Shown here piece after piece: positions 19,057 to 28,700 of a stretch of DNA of 63,042 nucleotides (positions are counted from its first letter, which is position 1; each line of letters opens with the position of its first letter). The notes beneath the pieces are model-generated. The model ran no database searches and was not told where the DNA came from. It saw only the letters and a program-made list of their open reading frames with translations. Position numbers and translations under genes: made by a program. This DNA comes from Desulfobacterales bacterium. Lineage in GTDB: Bacteria > Desulfobacterota > Desulfobacteria > Desulfobacterales > 4572-123. The stretch is taken from the NCBI GenBank assembly GCA_029939715.1, contig JAOZSJ010000006.1, forward strand, positions 1 through 63,042. The letters run 5' to 3'.

Positions 19057-20742
19057 TTAAATTTTTCCGGCGGCCCATACGGCCAGTTTTTCACGAAAAA
19101 TTTTGGCATTATGCCGGATATCCACGGGAAAGGATGGGTGAAATAAAATATCTTTTATGGGCTCTGTCATGGGGTTTTCCCCGGCCATTTTAAGCAGCGC
19201 CCTTTCCAGGGTGTCCATATCTTCGTTACCGTGGTCTTTGTTGATCTCAATACAGATCACCGGATACTGCTCGCCTTTTGGCCCAATGCCTACCAGGGCG
19301 GACCGGAAAACCGCCGGGTGATTGTTGAAAACCGATTCGCAGGGTATTGTAAACATATCGCCGTCGCGGGTTGTTACCCGGTGGCTTTTACGCCCGCAAA
19401 ACCAGATTCGCCCTTTTTTGTCCTGCCAGCCAAGGTCCCCCATGCGGTGCCGGATCTCCTCATTATCCCTGATTTTGGCCAGGGCATCATCTTTGGGACG
19501 CATAAAATATTGTCGGGTGACCAGATCCCCCTTTACCACGATTTCGCCGATTTCGCCATCTTTGACAAGGAGTTTTTCCGACCAGGTTTCAATGGGAGAG
19601 TCGCTGATTTTGATCAGTTTGGCATCGATATTATCGATGGGCCGGCCTATGCACATGCCGTAGCCTTTTTCGCTCAACTCTTTGGTTTCCGCCAGAATTT
19701 CCCGGCTGCCGATGGAGATAACGGGCACTGCTTCGGTGGCGCCGTAAGGTGTATGGATCTGGGCTTCTTTACTCATCATGGCAGAAAACTGCCCGATATT
19801 GGCCGGAGATACCGGGGCTCCGGCCGAGATTACCCGTTTCAAGGATGGCAGTTTTATGTTGTTGGCCTTTCCATAGGCCCCCACCCGGTTTAAAAGGGCC
19901 GGAGATGCAAACATGTTGGTGACTCCCTGGTTCCAGATGGCTTCGATGATTCGGGTCGGGTCGACCCGGGCCGGCTGGGTCGGATCCATGTCCGGGATGA
20001 CGGCGGTCATCCCCAGGGCCGGGTCAAACAGAGCAAACAGGGGAAATGTGGGCAGGTCTATCTCATCGGGTGTGATATCAAAATGAGATTTGATCTGTCG
20101 CACCTGGGCGTCAAAGACGCCATGGGTGTAAACAACTCCCTTGGCCGGTCCCGTACTGCCCGTGGTAAAGAGGATGGCTGCAGTTTCATCCCGGCCGGTA
20201 CGGGCAGCGACATAGGGTTTTTCCCGGTCTTCCTGCAGATCCTGCAGCCTGTATCCGCCCCAGAACCAGCGCCTTCCAACCGTTACCCAGATCTTTACGG
20301 TGTCAAAATATTTCGGGCAGAGCTTGCGCAGCACATGGGCCTTGGGGATGCCGATAAAGGCGGCAGGCCGGCCCTCCTTCATACAGCCGAGCATGCGGCG
20401 GATGCCCATGCCCGGATCAACCATCACCGGGATGGCACCGGTCTTGAAAAGGGCAAATGTGAGGGCAAAGAAATCCAGGCTCGGTTTTACCATCAAAATG
20501 GTACGCATTCCCCGCCGAATACCTATGCTTTCCAGGCCTGCGGCGATATTGTCGGATTCCCTGTCCAGCTGCAGGAAAGTGTAATGGGAATAGGTTACCC
20601 GCCCGGCGGAATCACGGCCCACCGGAAAGACCACGGCACGTTTGTAAGGCTGGGCTGCCGCAGTTTTTTTAAGACGGCGTGAAATATTGATAAAAACCCC
20701 GTTTTTACTGCCTGTGTCGGGGGATTGTGTGTCAGCATGCAT
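19057..20742 (-). CDS. oleC: OleC, beta-lactone synthetase (ANL family)
   Basis: FTTGSTGPAKG; TPYGATEAVP; HRMGD; C-terminal VDIRHNAKIFR typical of OleC; cluster context. Confidence 0.88.
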   Translation of the reverse strand: MHADTQSPDTGSKNGVFINISRRLKKTAAAQPYKRAVVFPVGRDSAGRVTYSHYTFLQLDRESDNIAAGLESIGIRRGMRTILMVKPSLDFFALTFALFKTGAIPVMVDPGMGIRRMLGCMKEGRPAAFIGIPKAHVLRKLCPKYFDTVKIWVTVGRRWFWGGYRLQDLQEDREKPYVAARTGRDETAAILFTTGSTGPAKGVVYTHGVFDAQVRQIKSHFDITPDEIDLPTFPLFALFDPALGMTAVIPDMDPTQPARVDPTRIIEAIWNQGVTNMFASPALLNRVGAYGKANNIKLPSLKRVISAGAPVSPANIGQFSAMMSKEAQIHTPYGATEAVPVISIGSREILAETKELSEKGYGMCIGRPIDNIDAKLIKISDSPIETWSEKLLVKDGEIGEIVVKGDLVTRQYFMRPKDDALAKIRDNEEIRHRMGDLGWQDKKGRIWFCGRKSHRVTTRDGDMFTIPCESVFNNHPAVFRSALVGIGPKGEQYPVICIEINKDHGNEDMDTLERALLKMAGENPMTEPIKDILFHPSFPVDIRHNAKIFREKLAVWAAGKI

Positions 20743-20805
20743 GAGGGAGGTTCCATTTAATTGGGTTGATCAGGTTGAAGGTAAAAGTCTTAAAGGCCGA
20801 TACCA

Positions 20806-20842
20806 AATCGTAGGGTGGACTGTTCCCACCAATAGACAGAAT
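20806..20842 (+). repeat. REP-like palindromic element, copy 1
   Basis: AATCGTAGGGTGGACTGTTCCCACCAATAGACAGAAT; 33/37 identical to the copy at 32715. Confidence 0.75.
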
Positions 20843-20847
20843 ACCTT

Positions 20848-21735
20848 TTAATCAATAAATTGTCGTACCTCATCGATAATTTTTTCCGGTATATCTTCTA
20901 TCAGATAATGGCCGGCATCATCAAAAAGATGGGTCACGGCTTTCGGAAAGCGCCGGCACCATTCCCTGTAGTAGTCCGGATCGAATACAAAGTCGTGTCG
21001 GCCCCACAAAATCAGCATGGGAAAGGATTCCAGACAATGAAGATTATCATCCACATGCTTCACAAGGTCATAGCTCGGGTCGCCTTTATAAAGGGGAATA
21101 TCCTGCACGAACTTCAAGGTGGCCATCCGATTGTGCCAGGTGTTGTAGGGGGCGATAAGGCCTTTTTTAACATCTTTGGAAAGTTTTTTACAGGGAGCCA
21201 TATACAGGGCCGCCCGTGCAAAAAGGTTGCCCACAAGGACTGCCGGAACCGCAAAAGGTGCTATTTTGCGTATGATTTTCAGCCGTAACGGTATCTGTTT
21301 TCCCTCCGGCGGAAGAAATCCGGACGTGTTTGTGATAATAATCCGGTCAATCATTTGCAGGTGATCCAGTGCCCAGGCAGCGCCGATCATGCCGCCCCAG
21401 TCATGGACCAGCAGCGTGATCTTTTCCCGGATATCAAGATGCGTCATCAGGGCGTCAAGGTCTTTAACCCTGGTCCTGAGCCGGTACTCATAGTCGGCGG
21501 CAGACGGTTTGTCGGAAAGGCCGCATCCCATGTGATCCGGTACAATGACCCGGTGGTCCGGGGCCAGGGCCGTGATCAAGTTGCGAAAGTAAAAGGACCA
21601 GGTGGGATTGCCGTGAACCATGAGTATCGGCGGGCCGCTGCCTTCATCCAGGTAATGGTACCTATGGCCGTTTATCGAAAGATAGCGGGATTTGAAAGGA
21701 TACAGGTGTCTGAAAGGTGAGATGTCGCAGTTCAT
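20848..21735 (-). CDS. oleB: OleB, beta-lactone decarboxylase (haloalkane-dehalogenase-like alpha/beta hydrolase)
   Basis: HGNPTWSF, HDWGG nucleophile, DAGHY; ATG abuts the oleA stop codon. Confidence 0.88.
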   Translation of the reverse strand: MNCDISPFRHLYPFKSRYLSINGHRYHYLDEGSGPPILMVHGNPTWSFYFRNLITALAPDHRVIVPDHMGCGLSDKPSAADYEYRLRTRVKDLDALMTHLDIREKITLLVHDWGGMIGAAWALDHLQMIDRIIITNTSGFLPPEGKQIPLRLKIIRKIAPFAVPAVLVGNLFARAALYMAPCKKLSKDVKKGLIAPYNTWHNRMATLKFVQDIPLYKGDPSYDLVKHVDDNLHCLESFPMLILWGRHDFVFDPDYYREWCRRFPKAVTHLFDDAGHYLIEDIPEKIIDEVRQFID

Positions 21736-22776
21736 TTACCAGTCCACCCCCAGCATCAGGCAGTTTAAACCGCTGCCGATTCCTAAAAAACCGACCTGGT
21801 CGCCTTTTTCCAGAAATTCCCGTTCTTCTGCAATGGCAGCGGTGATAATCAACGACACGGTGCCGATATTGCCCAGATGGCGAAAAGTTGTAAAATCTTT
21901 TGAATCCGGAATATTAATAGCGTTCAAAATGGTCTTTCGGTGGGTGGCGCCCACCTGGTGGCAGATGATTTTGTCCGGTTTGTCATCGTCCCATGCCAGT
22001 TCCCGGCGCAGGGCGTTGAAGGTTTCAATGCCCAGAGCCACCCCGTTTTGCAGAACTCCCACGGAATCGGTGTGCATCACATGTCCGGCAGTGGCCGGTA
22101 TGCCGGTGTCAGGTCCCCAGATGCATAGGCGGTGATGACGTACGGCGTTATTTACCACTCCGCCCAGGAGTCGGTGGGCATTGCCTGAAAAAGAACCGTC
22201 CGTTAAAACAACCGCGGCCGCACCCGACCCGCCGGTCAACGTTGCAACCGTTTGTTTGAAAAGGTCCATGTCCCGGGATTTGACCAGGTTATCGATGGTG
22301 GTGTCCACAATCTGGCGGCAGGATTCACAGGCCAGGACAACGCCGGCCCTGATCTGGCCAAGGGCGATGGCGTTGGCTACCTGGAGCATGCCGTTCAAGA
22401 TGCCGATGCAGGCATTTGAGATATCATAGACCTGGGCTGTATAGCCTATGCCCAATCCGTCGGCCACGGCACAGGCAGTAGCCGGTTCCAGGTTTTCCCG
22501 GCAGACTCCGCCGTAAATCAGCATACCGATTTCTTCCGGGTCGATTCCGGCGGCATCCAGGGCCTTGCACCCGGCGGATATTGCGCCATCGGAAAGCTTG
22601 AAGTCCACATCCCAGTATCGGCTTTCACGGATGCCGGTAATGGCTTCCAGTTGACCCTTTTGAAAATGCAGGGCCTTGTAAACCGGTTCCAGGCGGTTTT
22701 CAATATCTGCCGCGGTCACTACGTTCGGAGCCAGTTCATAGCCTATGGATTCGATAAAAACATTTTTATAAAGCAT
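21736..22776 (-). CDS. oleA: OleA, head-to-head acyl-CoA condensing enzyme (thiolase/KAS III fold)
   Basis: LEPATA (Glu), ISNACIG (Cys), ICHQVG (His), LGNIG (Asn); TLTGGSGA. Confidence 0.9.
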   Translation of the reverse strand: MLYKNVFIESIGYELAPNVVTAADIENRLEPVYKALHFQKGQLEAITGIRESRYWDVDFKLSDGAISAGCKALDAAGIDPEEIGMLIYGGVCRENLEPATACAVADGLGIGYTAQVYDISNACIGILNGMLQVANAIALGQIRAGVVLACESCRQIVDTTIDNLVKSRDMDLFKQTVATLTGGSGAAAVVLTDGSFSGNAHRLLGGVVNNAVRHHRLCIWGPDTGIPATAGHVMHTDSVGVLQNGVALGIETFNALRRELAWDDDKPDKIICHQVGATHRKTILNAINIPDSKDFTTFRHLGNIGTVSLIITAAIAEEREFLEKGDQVGFLGIGSGLNCLMLGVDW

Positions 22777-22789
22777 GGGTTGTCAACCT

Positions 22790-25700
22790 TCAGTCTTCTT
22801 CTACCATCCTGATCCCGAAATTGTCCATCTTATAGATGCAGAGCCCGTCTATTTTCAAGATACCGTCTGCCAGTATCATGGGCACAGGTGTTTCCTGAAC
22901 CTCAGTGATGACAGCCTCGACCTGGATGAGCGAACTGCCGGGCAGAATCTGTCCGCGATAGGTCCAGTCGTGGGCCGCGCCGGTAACCAGGGAAAACCGA
23001 TGCGTGCCGGCAAGGCGGGGCCATTTTTCCAATGCTGCATATTTAAGGAGCTGGATAAAAGATTCCAGCCCTAAAGATCCGGGACAGACCGGGTCCTGAT
23101 AAAAATGGGCTTTAAAAAACCATTCGTTGGGATCTACATGTTTACTGCCGCGGATAAACCCCAGTTTGTCCGGTCCCCCTTCCGGTACATAGGCATCGAT
23201 GGTGTCGATCATGCTCAGGGCCCGGGCCGGCATGTTAGCCATCGTTCCTGAGGCAGGTGCCGTATTCGGGTCCCCGGGAAAGAGCGGAGCTGTATGCGGC
23301 AGGATTTCGGGGGCGGAATGATTTATCTCATCCTTGCCGGGCCAGGCCGGTTCAGTGGCTGTAATGCCCTTTTGCTGTTCCAGGGCCTGTTTGGTAAAAA
23401 AACCGAAATTGGTATGGCCCGCATAGATCATCTCTCCTTCCTGCATGATTTCAAAATCGAAATCTACAATGAGCATGTCGCCTGTCTGTGAAAACCTGGT
23501 CAGCCGGGTTCGCATGGATACAATCCCGGATCGGGGAAGGATGTCGCGGTACAATGTGGCATGGCCACCCAGGTTTCTAAAGTGCAGAGCCCTGTCGCTT
23601 TTAAGGGCCGAGCCCATGTAGGCCGCACTCCAGCCGCAGGGTTGCAAGGCTATTTCGTTGAGTATGCAAAGGGGCATGGCTCTGCCGCGGTCGGCCGCAA
23701 AATACCAGTCCGACGGTTTTACATCGCACTGGGTTTCTATCCAGATTCCGGTTGTCGGTATCCAGGGAGGAATGTCGACTTTTGTGACCCGGTGGATGAA
23801 AAGATAGGGCTCGCCCGGCAGCCTTGCGATGAATCTGTCCCTGTCAAAGGGCTGGTAGGCATCTCCAAAGGCCAGTGACGGTTTGCCAACGGCAAATTCC
23901 AGCATATGTTTTTTATCGAAAAGAGGCGGGGAGAGTAGTGTCTCATGGCCCTGTCTGATATCCCGGCCGATATCATGGCCAATATCAGGTCCGGCCTTCC
24001 AGAAAGCTTCGATTTCATCGCGGCTTGTGTTGCTTAGTTTCAGGGACATGTTTTCAAAAAACACGATGTAATGATTATCTGCCAGCATATGGGCGTCGGC
24101 AATGACATAGGGCTCCGGATTAAAACCGATCTCCTTTATCTCCACCCGGTAGATGACATGACGGGTTTTCGGTGTTACCGGTCCCCGGCATTTCAGGCGG
24201 CTTTTGATCCCGATAACCGGTTCAAAAACGATCCGTGGTCCGGGTACAACCCAGCCCATGCGCTGGAGCAGTACACGCAGGGTATGGGCGCAGCATTCAT
24301 ACATCAATGTGCCCGGCATGACCATGTCATCCACAAAATGGCAGGTCAGAAACCAGTCGTCCGGGTGAATGTCGGCCTGGGCTTCCACAAGCCCCAGGGC
24401 ATATTGTCCGCCTTTCGGATCCAGATCCAGTATCCGGTCGATCAATCGAAGGCGGCCTCCGGGAAGGCGCTGGGATTCAGGCAGGATGATGCCTTTAAAG
24501 TGAGATCCAAATGCTTTTTCCATCTCCCCCCGGCGCAGGGCATCCAGGGACTTGTCATTCAGCTTTGATCGCGTGAAAGGAACCGGTATATGCCAGCCGG
24601 GCGGTGTCTTGCCGGTTTGTGCCGGGGTGTCTTTTTCGCCGCGAATAATGCCGCCGGAACTAATCACCTCCTGTTCGGTAAAAAAACCGGCGCACCCGTC
24701 TTTCATGGTAATCAAAGGCTTCTCGTTGATCGTGCCTTTAAAATTGAAAAAAAAGAGCCAGGTCTCCCCCTGGCGGATAAACTTGTCTATGTTGATGGTA
24801 TAGCGGATCACCTCTCCGGGTCGGGGCAGTCCCCTGTGGAATGTGACCACGGCATCCAGGAGCCGGTATGTCCGCTGCCCCTTGACTTTGTGATCAATGC
24901 CAAGGTAGGAACAGAGAAAAAGATCTGCCTGGCCTGCCTCCACGGCAATGCAGACCGGTGCCCGGTTACCGTCCAGATACCATGCCCCCGGTTTGACATC
25001 GTGCTCGGTCACAAGCGTTCCCCTGTCCATGGAGAGCTTGTCCCCTGTAACGGAAAGGATGCGGTCCACCAGCATCAGGGGCTCATCAGGCAGTCTTACC
25101 CTGGCATCAAAGGTGTCCACAACGGCAAATTCCGGCCCCAGAACACGTTCTGCGGAGCCAGTGGCAAATTCCATACACATTTCACGCGAAAAAGCAGGCG
25201 CTATGTCCGGTGTCGGTATCGGGCCGCGCGCGGGTTGGCTTTCAGCGGTTGCTAATGTGGCCTCGGGCATTGGAATTTTACCGGTGATGGCGGTTTTCAG
25301 CAATTGATTTTGCAGTTCAAAGGTGTCGGCAAAGGCCCTGGATGTCTGCTTTGAAAAATCGAGAAATTTCCGGTGGGCTTCAGCGGTGGCTTCCATGCTT
25401 TTTGCCATCCCTTGAATCAGTTCCGTATAGGGATTGACATCGCCAGGGGAATTTTTGGAAATTTGATTATCAAATAAACCGGCATCATCGGAAACAGCCG
25501 GTTCAGGATCTGTTTTGACGGCAGGGCGGTGACTTTTATCTATATTTTTTTGATTCCTGCCGGCATGGGAATCCGTCTGCGCGGCTGCCGGATTTACTGC
25601 CGGCGGTTCCGGGCAAGGCGGCCTGCCGCCCGCAGGCAGGACAATCAATGCGGCATCCGATAACGCAGGTTTTTTTGATTGCGATGATTCGTTAACTTGC

Positions 25701-28700
25701 ACAGGGGGCGGGCCTGGATAGAGAAAATCAAGGTTTACAGGAACGCGCTGTGCAATTAATGCCCCCAGCAGTTTTAAAACGGTCAGGGCATCATCTTCAA
25801 ACCGGGCACAGGCGGATATTGCCATGTGGGGCCGGTCAGTCAGTATATGCCGGATCATCCGGGTGCAGGAGTTGTGGGGTCCCATTTCCAGAAAGATGCG
25901 GACCCCGTCGTTCCATGCCTGCTTTATGGTGGCTGGAAAATCAAATCCGCAAAGGGCCTGTGACAAGATGGAGTCGGCTGCGCTGTCCGAGGTCAGATCA
26001 TGGGCCTGTGCTTTTGCGCAACTGTAAAAGGTGATCCTGTCCTGGGCCGTTGTGGGAAAAACATGCAGGGCCCGGTATTCATCCCCGGCCGGGCCGGCCG
26101 CGTCACAGTGGACCGTTACGATGCCTTCTAAAAAAATCGCCTCGCAGGCAATATCCCTGATAAGGGCTTCAACCTGAGGTCTGCGGCCGCCGATAACACA
26201 TTCATTCGGTGTGTTAATGATGAGCAGCCTGGTTTGAGGGTGTTTTTTGATAGCTTTTTTTACCTGTGCGGCCGGGCGGTTGATGGCGGCGGCGCACCAG
26301 TTGACAGCCTCATTTGCCGGTATCTGCCAGACCTTGCGGGCTGCAGTGCAGTCCCCTGCCAGCTGAGTGGTAAAAAGGGTGCTGTCGATCAGCCGCCGCT
26401 GCATCTGTCCGCGGTCCGGCCAGGCGCCAAGGGCAAAAAGTCCGGCGGATTCCCCCAGGCTGTAGCCGATCATGGCATCAGGCTCGATGTTGAAATTCCG
26501 GACAAGATCGGACATGACGCCGCCGTGCATCACCTGTCCGTAAATCATGTGGTGCGGATCTTTTGTGATTCTATCTTTTGCATCCTTTTCCCAGCCCTTT
26601 GACCAGTCGCTGCGCCAGGGTATATAGTATTGAGGCAGCATCTGCGTCTTCAGGTGTCCTGTTTTCTGATCCATACCGCGCAAAACTTCGGGCCAGCAGG
26701 TCCCGATACCGCGTCCCATGCCCAGATAGTGGTTGCCCGAGCCTGGAAAAACAAAGGCGATTTTGCCGGCTTCAGCTATGGGGTTTGAAGAGAAAAAGAG
26801 GTTGCCGCTGTTTTTGTTTGTAAATCTGCCGTTGTCAGCCGTCTTGTTTCTGGCCTGATCAATGAGCTTTAACAGCTGATGCTGATCCGTTGCAACAATC
26901 GCGGTTGCGTAATTTTCTTTTGAATCAGCAGGCATGTGGGCATACCAGGCCCGGGCCATGGAATCCATGGAACCTTGATTAATGGATTTTTCAGGAAATT
27001 TTTCTACAAACCGTTTAAGCCTGTCCAGTGCTTCATCCATTGAGTTCCCGGTATGACCCCGGACTACAAACAATCCCGCCGGCAGGTTTCCCATGGGGTA
27101 TTTTCTCTCCCGGTCAACCTGCTGCTGCGTTTTTTCAGAAAGCAAACCGTCATATGCTTCCAGCAGGAGATGGGTGCAGTTTCCATCTGTTGTCATGGCT
27201 GCCGCACAGGCTCTGCGAGGGCCTTCTTCGCGGTTTCGCAGCCAGTACTGGGGCTGGATCGGGATATGAAATCGATCGGTTGACCAGTTGGCCGGATCTG
27301 CATGTTTGAAACCGGGCAGGGGCGGTATGATCTCCTGGTAGAGGCTCATGGCGGTCTTTACTGCAGAAGCCATACCGGCGGCGGCACCGGTATGCCCGAT
27401 GACCGGCGCAAGCGCTCCGATGGCGCAGGGGGAGTTGAACCGGGTGAAAAAGGCGTGCAGTGCCCGGGCCTCTGTCTTGTCTTCGATAGGATCTCCGCTG
27501 CCATGAGTTTCCATGAATGAGAGGGTTTCAGGTGGGATACGGGCCTCTGCAAAGCAGCGTTCAAGGGAGCGGACATAGGTTTTGTGATCCGCAGCCTGGT
27601 CAATGCCGCCGCCACCGGCATGTCCAAACCCTTTGATGACGGCATAGATACGATCCCCGTCTCTTATTGCAGTTGTCAGGCGTTTGAGCACCAGACAGGC
27701 CGCGCCGTCGCCGGGCAGGGGACCTGCTGCCGCCATGTCAAAGGGGTGTACGGTGCTGTCGGCGGCAAAGGGTCGCAGCGCGTGGGACAAAATGATGTTG
27801 CGGAGATCTCCGGCCATGTCCACGGCCCCGGCCAGCATGATATCGGTCCTGTGCTGCTGCAGTGATCGGACAGCAATGTCCATAGCCTTGAGACCCGAAG
27901 TTTCCTCCCCTGAAACCGTGAAACTGGGACCGCCCAGGCGGAATTCGCGGGCAACCCGGCTGGCAATGATGCCGGCCAGGGCTCCCAGGGTGCGGGCATG
28001 GGTCAGGGGCGGGGCGATCTGGTTTTGCAGGGCCTCCAGCCAGGCGTGTGTCTGTTCGGCGTCGAGGTTGAGGCCCAGATCTTTTTGCCACTGTGCGATT
28101 TTGTTGACAAGGCCCCAGCGCAGATGGAAATTGGTGGCCTCATAATCAAATCCGATACCCATGACGGCGCCCATACGCTTGCGGGGCTCTCTGAGCGGCA
28201 GACCGGCATCCTGCATTGCAGCGGCGGCCACCTCGAGCAGGACAAGGTGCTGTGGCAGGATCTGTGCCAGTTCCCTGGGCGGAATGCGGAATTTTCCCGG
28301 TTCCAGGGTAATGTTCTCCATGAAAGCCCCATAGGCCGCACTTGTGCCCAGATACCGCTTTGCAGTATTGTCGCCGCCTTTGAACCGGAATTCGGGTCTT
28401 TTGCAGATCGTGCCGCTGCCGTTGAATACGGCCAGTTGGAAATCGTGCAGGTTGTTCAGGCTCCCGAATCTGGTATCCATGCCTACAATGGCGATATCAG
28501 GAATATCTTTATCAGTATGGCCCGGGGGAGAAGAGAGCTCAAGGGGCAATTTGTCCCGGTCTGTCGTTTTTTTCAGACAGTACTCTTCAAGCAGCAGATG
28601 GGCATTGATTCCGCCGAACCCGAATGCGCTGACAGCGGCCCGGCGAGGATTTTTGTCATCTCTGGCCACCCAGGGCCGAGGATGAGTCTGAACGTGGAAA

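Noticed and set aside
20848-21735. Haloalkane dehalogenase call
   Set aside because: Its position between oleA and oleC makes OleB the better explanation.
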